Source: Amoebophrya sp. A120
Lineage: Eukaryota; Protista; Dinoflagellata
Length of the DNA stretch: 64,000 nucleotides
Direction of reading: 5' to 3'
NCBI GenBank assembly: GCA_905178155.1
Contig: CAJINV010000002.1
Location: 10,458,146 to 10,522,145, forward strand
The notes below the pieces were generated by a model. It did no database searches. It was given only the letters and a program-made list of their open reading frames with translations, and was not told where the DNA came from. Shown one piece after another: positions 1 through 13,556 of the stretch. Numbering within the stretch: position 1 is the first letter of the stretch; the number at the start of each line of letters is the position of its first letter. The translations under genes were made by a program, and so were the position numbers.

Positions 1-966
1 GCGTAAAGAGGCACTGGTGAGTCAGAGTGTCAGAATAGAGACGTCGTTGTAGAAAGAAACAGCTATAGGTGGAGGGCAATTATTTTGTTCCCAAAAAAAT
101 GTGTATAGTTGTGCAATAAAGAAATACTCACATCTAAAATGCTGCACGCTATGGGTCGTTGTCGTGGTTGTTGAAATAAGCCGGAGTTTCTAGATAAATT
201 TCCTGTGTCGCTTGGTCGTCATCGATCTCGCTATTAAGGTCAGAGGACTTATTCTTGGAATACTATCATGCCAGAAACTACTGCTGTGTTATTGGCTGCT
301 AGCGTGCGCTTCCGATGATTGAGCTAGATCCCGGGTTGCTACCTGTGTACATGGAGTTCAAAAAGATGACGACGACATGCCTTGTCCATCTGAACAACAC
401 GCCGTCATCACCTCTGGAGCAGAGAACCCACCACCTAGAAGCCGCTATACATTCTGTACAAAGTGAACAATGAATCGTACAACAAGACCTGCTAAATAAT
501 TCGAAACAAGAGAAAGTGCTGAAGTTAGTGTCTGTACCGCCTTGAAAACTTCAAATCATAATCATGTCAAAGAGTAGAAAAAGCATAAAGAGTGATGTGT
601 TAACATAAAAATGCGTCGCCGTCGTTAGAAGGTGTAGCTGTGTAGCTGCAGAATAGGAAATCATACTCGGTGTAGATCTGTTGTCTGTGCGAGAAAAGCG
701 ATCGTAATTGTTGAAAGTACAGTAGTGAGCAATTACTGATCGCTTTTACTGCTAGACTTTTGAGGTGTCGTTTTTGTCGTGCTGCGTCGCCAAGCCTAAG
801 TCGCCGTGTTTCTTGGGAAACACAATACGTCGTGGCACAACTTGTTCTATGGGTCGTCAGTGTCACACTCAATACCTTAAGGTCTTTTAAAAAATGTTTC
901 AAACAAATTTTGTCTCATCATGACGAAGAATCCCTTCCACATCTCGTGAAAGAAGTTGTGAAGAGT

Positions 967-1692
967 TTAATCGTACTCGAGATCGCTGTTGCGACCTCCG
1001 CCGATGAGATCCTGGTGGACCAGGTGACCCGTGTGCTGATCGACCCAAATCCAACGCACCTCCTCCGTCCTCGCGGCGTAGCGCAGCGGCAGGTGGTACT
1101 TCAGGTACCTTTGAGTTGTACGTGTTCTCATATCACTTCGGCCAGATCGAGATCTTTCTTCGTTGTTAAATGCAGCATACAATTCATGCGAACTAGAAAA
1201 TCTGGTTATAAAAAAGTTGCAGAACTAGAACAGGAAAAAAAATATTAATTACCCTGTCATTGGCGGTTTCGCCATAATGTCACGCGCGATGAACTCGTAT
1301 TCTTCTTCCGTCAAACGGCCCCGGCTCCGTTTTGCGCGAAACTGTTTAATTTGAGGAGACAAGTAGAGTGCAAAAGATCATCGAGTCATGTAAGTTTAGG
1401 CACATCGTCGAACAAAATCACGATTCCTAATTTCGTACACCGATGAATTTTGTAATAAATTAAATTTAAGTATTGCATTTTGTATCTATGAATTGTCAAC
1501 TTCAATCGTCATGTGCTGATTTACTTCTGTGTGTTGTACATTTACCTCATTGTCGCTGGTGGAGCCTGAGCTGGGGTCCTCACTTGACTTGTTGTTAGCG
1601 CTGGTCGTTGAAGACTCCGCCGGTGCTTTTTCTGACTCCTTCTTCACTTGCGTGGTGGCCTTCTTGGCCTGCGACGTGATTGAGCGCAACAT
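967..1692 (-). CDS. Small hypothetical protein, about 3 exons
   Basis: GC-richer coding-like blocks at about 1692-1540 (MLRSITSQAKK..., Ser/Thr-rich), 1345-1250 (QFRAKRSRGRLTEEEYEFIARDIMAKPP) and 1110-967 (YLKYHLPLRYAARTEEVRWIWVDQHTG...stop), separated by AT-rich spacers. No recognisable domain. Confidence 0.5.
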
Positions 1693-3299
1693 ACTGGTTC
1701 CGCTACGTATCTATCTGTAGTTCAAGCAAATGAACTACGAAATTTTTGTGCCTTTCGATTTAAGTGGCACAACAGTCGTGATACTACAATACAAATACTC
1801 GTGCTTGTTCTCGTACCTCTCCGAGCAAAAAAAACTGTAGAAACACTACTGGTAGCTATAAAAACAAAGCAACAAATCAGGAAAATCCAAAAAAAGTCAA
1901 AATATACAAATTTTGTTACACAAGGAAGATACTTATTATTATTTTGGGGTTGAGATTTGAGGATTCGGAACGTGTTGCCGTAACGATTTAGGCTGCATTA
2001 GAATTTATAGGGCGAAAGGATGATTTTTGTTGCGAGCTAATTGCGATCATCTCGATGTTGCGACGTAGTGCGGCTTTATACAAGTATTTCCATCAGCACA
2101 ATCGCACTGCAGGCTGGTACGGCCAAACGAAAGTGTGGATGAAACGAATGATAGAAGCCTTTCCGATGTTGTACGAATCTACTTCAGCGAAAAACGTTAT
2201 TTCTAGTATCCGGGACGGAGATACAACAATGCAAGACGAATTCCGAGTCCTCTGTGGGAGAATTTTGACGAAAATGCCCGACGTTTTCAAGTCGTTCTTA
2301 TTTCTTGACGAACTGCATACCGAGAAAGATGCAGCGTAGCAGCATGTCAGTTTCTGTTACCGACTTTCTGTTTTGGGAAGTTGTCACGCTTGGTACGATG
2401 AATTTCTTCTATACGTATATCGTAAATATTGGCTATTGCGTTTGACGAGTGACCTGCCATCCTTCTATCATGTGCGTACGAAATTATAGTAAGGACCGAT
2501 GGTTTTCTGCTTCTTGAAAAACCGACTTCTGCATTTCTCTGTGAACCAGGACCAGAACACTCACAATCAATGTGTAGCTTGCCATGTTGTCCGGTACGGG
2601 GAGCCTGAGCTTCGTGTTCCCTTCTGATAACATAACTTTACAGCACGGACATATTTTTCAGAGGTAGAGTTCCCGATTCTAATTATCTGTCTGAGTCAAT
2701 CAACTGCCGCGTAGTAGACCATAAGAAAGGAAACAGCGCATCTACCGGTCTCTTGCAACAATTGAAAAGTCCTCTCATAGCTAGGCGTAGCTCACCACAA
2801 GATTGTTCGACACGCAAGTGGCTTACAGAGTCCGTTTTCCAAAATGCTGATAGCTGCAATGGAAGCGGCGATATTTGTGCTAGTGCGTGTTTTGTTTTCT
2901 GTTTTCTTTGTGGTGGGTGTACATCCATCTCCATCATTTGAAAAAGTACTAAAAAGCATACAAACGATCCTTCAAAAAAAGTCTCGTGTCGCGCAGAGAC
3001 TACTTCCACGTTTTGCTAAGTGTGACAACGTTGCCTTCATCATTATTTTGCATCTTTGGATGTTGTCACACGTGCTTGTTGAACGACAATATTTGCAGGG
3101 GTCAGTATCCTAGCTTTCATCATCATCGATCCATCTGGGGCTGCAGTGATGTGATCCCAGAAGACGATCGTCTCTAATGACAAACTATTGGATCACTTCG
3201 TGCGTGTAAATTTGAGATCATGGTTGAAAAGTCGGTAAAACAGTTTTGGTGTGCAGTTGTTTTATATCGGTCGCTACTGAATATGCAGAGGAAGTGTCT

Positions 3300-6200
3300 T
3301 TACTTCTTTTCAGTAGCGGTTGAGCCAGCGGCGGTCTCAACCTTCTTGTCGCTCTGTTCCACGTCCTTTGTAACTTTAGTTGTCGCTTTTTCATCATTTT
3401 TTTGAGCCTTTGCCGCTGCAGCCGGGGCTGCAGCTTTTGCTGGCTCGTCTTTCTTTTGACTCTTCTTTTTGTTGTTCTTTTTCTTAGGTGCAGCAGCTGC
3501 CTGGTCTGAAGTGGCAGAAGCGGGCTGCTCTGGCTGCTGATTGTTCTTCTTTTTACCTTGTCCCTTCTTCGTGCCCTCCTTCGGCGCGGCCGGGGCACCT
3601 TGTTCCCGGTTATTCTTCACAGAATTTCTGGCATGCTCCGCCCAGAAGCCGCTGCTTCGTCGGGGCTCTTCTTGCTGCTTGCCCTGTCCCTTCTTGGCGG
3701 AAGCACCCTTCGTTCTCTTGCCGGATTGCAGCTGCTGTTCGCCACCATTGTAGACTTGTTGCTGTTGCTGACCATTCTGGTACATCATCATCTGTTGCTG
3801 ACCCGTGGCACTGGAGCAGCTCGCGGACGAGTTGCGTGCGACGCCGGAGTTTCGCGGGAGCGCGGCCCAGCACGGGTGCGTCGCTGTATTAGATTCGGCG
3901 TGCGACATGGTGAACGCGTTCTCCAAGAAAGGGTTCTGAACTCCGCAAAAGTTCCCGTAATACGTAGCGGCCATCGACATGGAGCTTGCCCTCGGGGCCG
4001 GAGTCATGTACGCAGCCGTCGAAGAACCGCAGGCAGCCGTCGGTGGCATTTGGAACGGTGCCGCATCCTTGTTAAGAGTGATAGCACTGCTTTTCGCGGT
4101 TTCTCTTTCAGCCGCGGATTTATTTGGAGGTACACCATTGGCTTCTCTAGTATCGTCGTCCGCGTTATTTGCTTCGCTTTTTTTTCCCTCCTTGGCGGCA
4201 GGAACGTCGGTACTACCAACAGCCTCCTTGCTGCTTTCCGCCGGCGCCGATGCGTTATTCGCGATAGCTCCGGAGGAAGGGGCTGACGCCTCCACGGGCT
4301 TGGTGTTGATCATGTGATTGGGGTCCACGAATTTGTTGCACTGGTTTGCGTACGCGTAGGGGTTGTCCAGGGAGAAATGCTGCAGGCTCTGCACCGCCGG
4401 CCCGCCGCCCACCCGCCAAGCGGACAGAAGCCGCTGGTTGGCTTCCTGCAACATGTAGAAGTACTGTTGCTCCGCTTCCTGAAACTGCATCACCAAAAGC
4501 TCCTCCTTCGAAACGGTTGGCGGCACAAACTCTTGCGCGTTCGGGTTGAAGGCGTCCGCGTTGCCATTGTAGAATGAAGGTCTGTGGTAGAGTAATTTGA
4601 CAAAGAATTTTTCACGAGGTTTAGGTTTTTTCCCTGGCGGTGCATAGATATCTTTTTCATGGACCAATGCAGGGATGTCTGCGTGTTTACATGAAACCAA
4701 AGTGAAACTGGAACTGCTCGTACGTCGTAAAATAAAGACACTGCTGCACAAGTACCTTCTGCTCTTTCGTCCGCCGCCCCGATTGGAAATGGAATCCTGG
4801 TCGATTCTGCCCGGACTCGCGAAGGCCTTGGAGACCCGGCGGGAACTGGAGATGATACTTCTCCGCACCGACTTCCGCGCGTCAAACTCGCCCTGCAGCT
4901 TCGCGATCCGGCCGGCCAGCTGCTCCTTCCGGGCGACCTTGGCCTTCTGCAGAGCGTCCAACTTGGCTTCCCCAGACTTCTCCTTCTCCTCCAGGAGCAA
5001 GATGTTCCGCATCTCGCGCTTCAGCTTCCGCAGGTGCTTGTCCTCGGCCTTGTCGTCCAGGAACCGCTTGTCCATGGGTTTGTGGGTCTTCTTCTCCTTC
5101 TATCAAATGTAAAAATGTCTGGGTCTGGAAATTTCTGAGACTTGTCATGCACGTTTTGCATGGGCCATGATGTCTGTGATGCATGCCCTACCATCACAGA
5201 CTTTTTGAGGGCTTCGCGATGCCTATTCCGCATGACAAATGCCTTCTCCGCGTAGCCAAAATTGCATTCCCTTTGCTGCTTATGCAATACAGATTTCTTT
5301 GGAATCCAAATGCAGCATCACAAGTTTGCATTCTTCCAGACCCAGACATTTTTGCATTTGATACCTTTTCCTTTTGGCCTTCCCCGGTGTGCGGCTCGGA
5401 CCTGTTTCCGGTGGACTTGCGCGACACCGGCGTTTGACAATCATTATAGGCAGAGTTTGTTCGGCTCTTCTTCTTTCGTTCGCCGGTTTGCGAGTACACG
5501 GAGGTCCGGCGGGACGCGTTGCTGTACACGGACGACCGACGCCCGTCCGCCTGGCTGTAGTTCGAAAAGACACTGTTGCGCCGGCTCTTGCTGGTGTTCT
5601 GGGTATTCAGGCCGGAGAAGTCGATGTTGTGGTGGGAACCCACACTGCACACGGATTCCCGCCCCTGCACAGACGAAATCGAGTTCCGCCGGCTGCGCCA
5701 GTCACAATCACCGTCCGGAGTCTCCTCGTACGCACGACGGCTGCGACGGGAAGTCTGTTTCATGGATGTTGGTTTTGATAATACATAGATAAAATCTTCA
5801 AGCAAAGGAAAGGGATGAGCTGCATCGAGCCAGAGCAGCCTGCCAAAAGCCTAATCTCCGGTCATACATTAAAGCGTACTACAAACGTTTTTTCTACCTG
5901 ACTCCACCGGGAGCTGTGACGGCTTGACTGCCGCGATTTGTTTTTCGTGATCTCCTTCCCACGACGACCGTGGTAGGTGCCGCCGACGCCCGGATAGTTC
6001 GCGTGCACAAACTGGTCGATCGATTCGCGGTAACACTCTTCTTCCAGGTACTGCTCACACAGTCGGTTGAAGTTCTGTAGAATTGGATAATTATTGAAAG
6101 TACATTATACGGGTTTCTGCTTGTCTTGTTTCAGGTTACACACGCACTGAAAGAACCTCAGTTGCCCCTTGATGTCAGTACCTGCGAAGATAACAACTGA

Positions 6201-6746
6201 CGCGTGCAAATGCAATTCCAATTCTGCATCAAAAATTAGCTTTATATATTGTATTACTTACCTCCAAGTCCAGACCCAACTCGGGGCTGCAGTCGAAGGA
6301 AGAGCACAGCTGTTCGTAAGCTTCGTCCCACGTTTGTTCCTCCTCTTCGAATCCCGTGGTAGCGGCGAACAGGCGCAATTCGTTACGGCCCAGGTACCTG
6401 GTAAGGATACAGCAACACAGGGTGAACAAGTTCACACTTTGTTTGATTTATTCTTATGATTTGAAAACACAAAGAAGTTCAAGTCACGGGATATGCAAAA
6501 GTGGGCGCCGGCCTGAGAGAAGTTTTAGTTTAATGATTGTGGTGGTCCCAATATGGTAAAAACTTACCCGTTGGTATCGGCGTCCAAGCAGCGGAACATT
6601 TTTTCCGAAGTGGACAGCTCCGCGTCCAGATGCTGGGAGATCCGCCGGGCAATGTTAGAGCTCGTCAACATCGTTTGCAGCGCATTGTCCAGAGCATCCT
6701 GCTGCAGCTCTTCGGCCTGCGCCAAAGCTGGATTCTGACTCGGCAT
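3300..6746 (-). CDS. Multi-exon protein with N-terminal EF-hand, a PYM/eIF2A-C-terminal-like helix and two PAM2 motifs (putative mRNA/translation factor)
   Basis: ORFs 6564-6746, 6229-6435, an exon at about 6075-5898, 5194-5805 and 3300-5075 join in frame through GT-AG introns and one introner. Splicing gives an EF-hand loop (FRCLDADTNG|YLGRNEL), KHLRKLKREMRNILLLEEKEKSGEAKLDALQKAK, and the PAM2-like FNPNAQEFVP (4521-4550) and LNKDAAPF (about 4053-4076). Confidence 0.7.
5101..5363. mobile_element. Introner/MITE-like element E1 (TAT...ATA, 30-bp TIR, 5-bp TSD)
   Basis: Left end tatcaaatgtaaaaatgtctgggtctggaa; reverse complement of right end tatcaaatgcaaaaatgtctgggtctggaa (29/30). Flanks ccttc (5096-5100) and ccttt (5364-5368). 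Removal joins ORF 5194-5805 to ORF 3300-5075 in frame (KEKEKKTHKPMDK). Confidence 0.92.
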
Positions 6747-8168
6747 CTTCCGCTAATATGTTTTACCCGAAGGAAGATGACCGGAAGATGGTTTCTTGTG
6801 GATAATGATCCCGTCCAGAAATCTTTGTTTTTCGGTTTCCTGGTCCCGCAAAGAGATGATAATGCTCGTCGGCGAACTCAAATCTTCGCTTGCGCAGTAG
6901 AGAGCTCGCCACTGCAAGGCGAAAATAGAAGATGTCGACCAGATTGAAAGCGTGTTCCTTAGTATACAGCTTCAATAGAGTAGTTTTCTACCGTGTTCCA
7001 CGGACAAAAAACACGGAACTGATTGAAACCAGCACGTGCTTCCAACCGTGGCTCCGATTATACTCAAAATGTGTCTATCAAGAAGCTGAAAGTGCAAGAA
7101 ACAAGAAGATGCTGAAAGATAAACCTAAAACACGGCACAGCTTTGCTTCCAAAATAAACTGCTAGCAATAACGACTTCCTCCTGAAGATTAAAAGAGTTC
7201 GTAAGTTTCATGATGGAAAGTTTGTAGATCCGTTTTTGAAATTGAATTCGAGAATACGGCTCTTCGATGCAGATCTGGCTGTTCTACTTTAACTTCTGTA
7301 AGTTGTAGTGTAGTAGAGTAATAATTGCCCTTAGTGGCTACGTAGCTTGTGTTTGTGATCCACGGTGAGGATGGCTTCAGAATGCTGCGACTCAATCGAC
7401 GACCAATGTAGGATCAAGAAAGACCCTGGAAGATGATGGTTGAGAAGTTTTATGTTGCGCCACGCTTGTAAGAACCAGAGCGGCAGAAAAGAGCTTATGG
7501 AAGATCAGATCTTCTTGGATTTTTCCGGTAACAAGCCAATCAACTTCAGTGTCGTACGTGCCGGGGGATCGGCTCGGCTTTTTAGATGATCTTATCAATA
7601 CTGAATTTGGATCTTTCCTTTACCTTTTCCTGTCCTTCGGTCCAGAGAAAAATTAACGTTACTCATACATGTTCATCATGATCTTCGAAAGTGCAAGGCC
7701 ACACACTACGTACGGTCACATTTTGTTGATCTTGTTTTCGCTGCTGCCAAGATCTCATTTTTGCAATCAGTAGTGGTTGTTTTAGTAGTTCCGTTCTTAT
7801 TCTGAATCTTACGACTATAAGACAAAGACCGATCCATTTGAAACTCGATGACTCTTTATCGAACTACGTCTGCTCGTGTGGTCTTATGCTTCACAGAAAA
7901 ACGCGAACAGTCGCAGGAGTGCGTCAATGCACTGACGAGCACCACGTCAAGAAGCTACAGGAGCTCGCAGAAAGTACAACTCCATTTTGTACCATTGTAA
8001 TACTACAAAGCTAAACCAATGCGCGAGTTCTTCGGAAAGAATTACGCACAACAACAAAATTGTCGTTAGGGATTTTCATTAGAGACACACGTGATTTTTT
8101 TAAAAAAATTTTCGCCATGCCAGATGGCTATCTTGTTTTTTTTTTGTTTTTGCTTTTATGAGTAATGA

Positions 8169-8212
8169 ATCGTTAGGAAAATCGTTAGGAAAATCCTTAC
8201 AAGAAATCATTA
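8169..8212. repeat. Short degenerate tandem repeat (aatcgttaggaa-like, about 3-4 units) in AT-rich intergenic DNA
   Basis: atcgttaggaaaatcgttaggaaaatccttacaagaaatcattag is visible directly, with a further cgttagg at about 8064. Confidence 0.6.
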
Positions 8213-8323
8213 GCTACAGCTGTAAATGGAACTTCAATTAATTAAAAAAAACCTTTTATGGAAAAGAGGTGCGGAAAAAACCGCGAAATAAGATCGATCC
8301 TTTCCAGCAACTCCGTCCTCTCC

Positions 8324-11300
8324 TCAACTTATGCTATTGGATTCGTCTCGACGGCCTCGCAATTGCTCAAGCAGTGCAGAACGAGTCGGCGCGGCTGCTT
8401 GAAACGCTGCGTACCTCCGCGCAAGGTCGCGTGAATCGATCCCCAACTCGAGAAGGTGTCTTCGCTCTACCTTGCTTTCGCCGACTAGAAGAAATTTATC
8501 TCTTAAGCCCGGCGGGAGTTCCTGTGGTGCGAAAAGGGTTGTCGGTGCATTCTTGTTGTGGTTTGCACTGTCATTCTCATTTCTGATCTTTCGGAAGACA
8601 AAAATTAGTATGAATACTCAACGTAAAAACATTCGTAAAACTAAATAAAAGTAGATCGATCATGTAGATACCTGTAGCTGCGTCTGAATGGCGATGTGTT
8701 CGGGTGTGAGGTTGTTCGCGTCGTTCGGAGCGCCTGAAGCTGTTGCTGAACTGTTTCCAAAATTCAACACGTAGGCTGCTTCCAGGTGCTGCGGGTAAAA
8801 CCTGCCTGCGTTCGCGCCGTCGGCGAGGAGAGACAAGTGTCGAAGCAGCCACTTTTTCCCGTTCACTTCGTCCTGGGCCGCCTGGTGTTGTATTGCCGCC
8901 GCCTCTTTTGGACTTGTCCTGCTATTCACCGGCACGGATGGCGAGGCGCCCGCCATGTCGTAGACCTCTATGGTTTGCGGCATGATGAAATGCGAGTTGA
9001 ACAGTTCGAGACTGTCCACCTTCTCCGAGTTTTCTCCGTCGATCGAGACCAGCTGCACGACCGGTTTTTTAATCCCGTCGATGCCGCCGCTGCTGCCTCG
9101 TCTACTCCGGCTAGCTGCCGCTTGCTGCGCCGCCGCGGCTCGCTTCTTGTTCTCGAACACCCTATTTTTCCAAATCGCGAGCTCGAGCCGCTGCCGCTGC
9201 AGATCCATCGAGCTCTCCATAGACCAAAGCCACAGAAACCGGAAATCCCGGATGCTAGAGTGCGAGGACCTTATGAGATGCGCGGGGCTTGATGTCGGTT
9301 GCGGCGTCAAAGAGCCACTGGCAAGCTGCTGCAAGCACGGCTGGTAGTAGTGGACGACCGCGCACTTGGTATTATTCACGATCGGAACTCCTCCCTGTCC
9401 GCCAAGCATACCCCCTCCTGAAGTTGAGGTGGACGTGCTGCTGTAGTAGGAGCTCTGACCCCCGCCGCTCAGATACCCTAAGCACGCCGACGGCCAGGCG
9501 TCGCGCGTCTGCAAAAGTCTCCGCAACGTCGTGGTCGGCAGCTTGATCAGTGGCGAACTCTGCCAGGGATCCGGGTTCCGCTCCCGCAACAACTCCTGCA
9601 GAATCTCGTCCGCGGGGGTGGATAGCAGCTGCCCGGCTACATTAGCGCCAAACGTCGGCAAACGTGGGTACCCACCCGTGACCAGTCGGGCTTCTTGCAC
9701 GATCTCTCTTTCCTGAAAATACCTGCGCCAGAAGGGATTGGTTTCTTCCAAATAGTCCTGGACGGTGTCGGTGCCCATAGACACCATGGGCGGGTCGTTC
9801 TTATTCCGCCTGGTTGTAGTTCTACTACTTTTGTTCATCCCCGGGTCGGTTGCCGTGCTCTCCTCGATCAGAAAATCCTCTGCGACGACGTTCTCCCAGA
9901 AGAAACTAGAGAGAGACAGATCGGATCCGATGTCGAAACTACTGACGAGCTGTTGAAAATTTTGGTATAGCAGGCTCTGACGATTATTAGCAGCTCCCGC
10001 GCTACTGGCTCGGCTTGCTCTACTACCATTCTTGTCTCCACCGAAGTAGTCAATCATCTCTTCATCGTGTTCCAACATGGTCGGAAGCAGCCCGTTGCTT
10101 TGAAGATGATACCCCGGAACCGCACCTCCTCCTGCGGGCCCGAAACCGCGACCGCCGAAGTTTCCTCCGCCGAACGCGCTGAAGGACGACGAGTTCTGTC
10201 TTGTCAACCGAGCCCGCTCATCGAGGTCGGCAGTGTGCGAGTGCTTCAGTTGCTTCAGCTTACTGGCCGTTATTCCGCTACCGACGAGATGATTCTGGTT
10301 ATTCATCATGCTAGTGTTGCTCGATGAAGAATTCGCGGAGCTGTTGCTCATGGTGTCGAAGTCGTTGGTGCTCGCGGTCGCGCTGGATGGGGAGCCGAAG
10401 TAATCGTCGCACAGGTCGACGGACTTTCGCGTTTGCGTCGTGGTCTCGAACTGCTTCACTTCCTTATTCCCGTGCTCGTCATAGACGATGCGCTTGGTCG
10501 GGATTTTGGTCTGTTGTTCCGACGTTGTGTCAGTGGCAACACCGCGATTCAGATTCAGCTTCGATTTCAGCCAGGAACTGATGCTGTTATCTTCTGTCGC
10601 TTCGTTGTTGCTATTTTTCTCGAACGGGGCGAGTGCTTCGTCGTCACTGCACGGCTCGCCGTTCCTGTTGTCCCCACTAGTCAATCCTAGCGCCTGCTTC
10701 GCTATCACGGCTCGCGGTGGCTCCGGATAGACCTGGCCTCCCGCGTCGGAGCTCTGCGGATCAAATCGCTTGATTCCGCCCTGCTGCAGGAAATTGCTGC
10801 CCTGCTTGGTGTTGTGCAGCAAAAACTCACTCTCAGTGGAGAAGAAGTCGTCGCCGAGCTGGATCGTCGTGACCAAGTGCTTCTGTTCGCGAAAAAGCTT
10901 ACATGCGAGTAACCTGGGAAACAGTTCTTCCTCTATGGCCGCTTGGATTTGGTGCGGAGGGAGGTGGGTGCTACGCCGGAAACCCGTTTTATCCAAACCT
11001 GGAGCATTATTCAAGTTTGCCGCGATGTCTAGACAAAACCGGTGCAGGCAATTGTACTTCCCGCCGAACGCGTTGAAGAAAAGAATCCAGCCCCGGTCGA
11101 GGCTGCCGGTGGTTTGCAGGGTTTGGATACCGGAAAGCGGCTTCGGCTTGCTCAGTTCCAACTCGAGGTCCTTGCGCTGCTGCTGCTTCTTCCGCTCCCT
11201 TTCTCGGTTTTCCACGTCGAACAGCATGTCATCCAGTGACTGGAGCTGTGGTAAACCCCGGCCGACTGCGACCGAGTTAATATCCGCATCATTTTGCATG

Positions 11301-12301
11301 CGGCTCGTCACACCTCGTGTGAACCGCTCGATAGGCGAGGGAGCTTGTTGGTGATTAGTCGCAGCCGCCGGTATTCTGCTCTGCTGCTGTTCCCCGTGCT
11401 GCGCTTTGTGAATGTTTCTCAAAACTATGTTTTGAAAAAGATATTCCAGTTCCGCGATTCGTGCCTTGCTGAAGGTCGGTAGACACCAGGAAGAAATGTC
11501 GTCTTCATCTACCGATGTTGAGGTGCCATCAGTATAGCCGGCACCTATCCTCCGGTGCCCGGTGTTCGGCGAGGCTAGGGACGTTATCTTTTCCGAAGAT
11601 ATGCCCAGAATTCCCGACAGACTTCTGTCGTACCCAAACGTCTGGTTTGCGCGAACCGTGCGAGAATAGAGTGGCTCTTTCGGTCTTTTGCCCTTTTTGT
11701 CATTCTCCTGCTTGTTGTTCGTGGATGAATTTTTGAACTCGCGCATAAATTCCTCCTCGTCGACAGCTGCCAGATCGTCTTCCAGCTGTTGCGCCATGAG
11801 CCTCGCTTTTCTCGCATTGAAGCACAGGACGGACGACGCCAGGCCACCTTTAGTGCGCTTCATTTCTTCCTCTTGCTTCTTGATCAGTTCCTGTTTTCGC
11901 TTTTCCAGAGCCGCACGGTAAGCCGCAGTCGTGCTCATCTGCGATGCGCTTTCCGCGTTGCTCGCTTGCCCTTCGCCGCAAGAAGAATCCCCTGCATCCT
12001 CCTCGCCCGCGTCCAGGTCGCACTGAATCTTGATGCTCCGGTAGTGTTTCTTTATCGGCGGCCGTCGCGCCATTTGTTCCGAACTTTCGGAGATGTCCAG
12101 CATCGACCCAAACGCTTGCAGCGTCCATTGTAGGCCGCGCGAAATGGATGACGTTGATGCTGTACTGTCTTCTTGCGAAGTCGAGGTGCCTTGGTCTGTC
12201 CGGCGATACAACCGGGGATCATACGACTGGCTTGAATTTCTATCCGCGACGACCATCCTAGGATGCGGGCTATAGTGGTGCTGCTCAGGGTAACGATTCA
12301 T
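8324..12301 (-). CDS. Large protein with a divergent Sec14/CRAL-TRIO-like lipid-binding domain
   Basis: 1213-aa ORF with a GT donor at about 8670 and a last exon reading LPPGLRDKFLLVGES...SIS* (stop 8324-8326). Blocks IEVYDMAG and RFYPQHLEAAYVLN resemble the Sec14 signatures 'IxDxxG' and 'YPERLxxxYIIN'. The family call is by eye. Confidence 0.5.
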
Positions 12302-13556
12302 GGCAAAGTATAGTGACTTGTTGTACGAGCTGGCTCTATACTAGCATCTTCAGAATCACGCTACCAATTCGTAGCTCACACTTTGCAAAAGTTGTAAAAG
12401 ATTAATTTCAAATAAGGCCAATTTCATTCACAGCTGAGCTACTATACTTACAGATGCTGATGTCAATTGAGTACTTTAGTGTAAAGAAAGTTCGACGAAT
12501 GAATATGAATTTCGACGATACTAGAAGATTAAGTCACCCCGGGCGAAACTGTCCGGGGTGGTCGTCGCGTAAATGAAAAGTAATAGACAAACATGGCATA
12601 GAAACTAAAAAATGATAATCAGAAAACAACAACATACAGATACACATAGATACTTAATTGAATAATACGAAATTGGGAAAACCGCTGTGTGTGGGACAAG
12701 GAAAAGCATTGATTGACCGAGGGTAAACAAGAACGAATACGAGTGACAAGGAGAGCAAGTGCTCGTGCTGCTCATCTAGTCATTATGATTATTTTCTGTG
12801 AGGACGACAGAGCCAAAATTTTTTTTTTGCACGAAACACCGTACGAAAGACATAGCTGATGGTAAGTTTGCACGACCGAGACTGATAACGCCAGCTATAT
12901 CTTCTTCTTGTTTTTGGTACGAGAAAATACCGCGGACGTCGACATGTAACAAACTACGTACCGATGGAGCCGTTTGTAAGTAAAATTATACGCACCGAGC
13001 AGGAGAGTTGTGGACGAGAGAAATCACACAAACCGATTTCAAAAGCGTAACGTTTCGGTTCATCGCATGTCAGGTTCTACTAATTAGTTTCACCGAGTAG
13101 TCGAGTGGTTTTCTCTTGTTGGTCGCTACTTGTTTGAACGAGCCATCGAAACAAAATGGAAAATTTTCGGCAACACTATGAGGGTACGGACTCATGCGGC
13201 CCAAGTGCAACAGATGTTTCCTTGTTTATCACTAGCACACGGAATTTGATGCTAGTTTCAGACGTGGACGAGCATCAGGCAAGTTTTCTGCGGATTATTC
13301 AAAGTGTGAACGTGATGCACAGATGGCAAAATGGTTAGTGAGGCTCGGCAAATCCGAAACAGTGGTTGGATCAAAAAACGAATGAATCCCATCTTTCTCA
13401 AACAGAATTTTAAAAAATTTGCGTTTTCGCAGACATGTGAGTGAAACTTTACGCGGATATCCGCAAAGATAGTTGCTCAGCAAAGCCAACAAACTCCGGG
13501 CACAATGAAGTCAGTGCGACTCGTTCCTACAGCCAACATCTTCACCCGGCGCCAGC

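Noticed and set aside
7189-7598. Two abutting short minus-strand ORFs
   Set aside because: No clear start, domain or splice structure, so not enough to call a gene.
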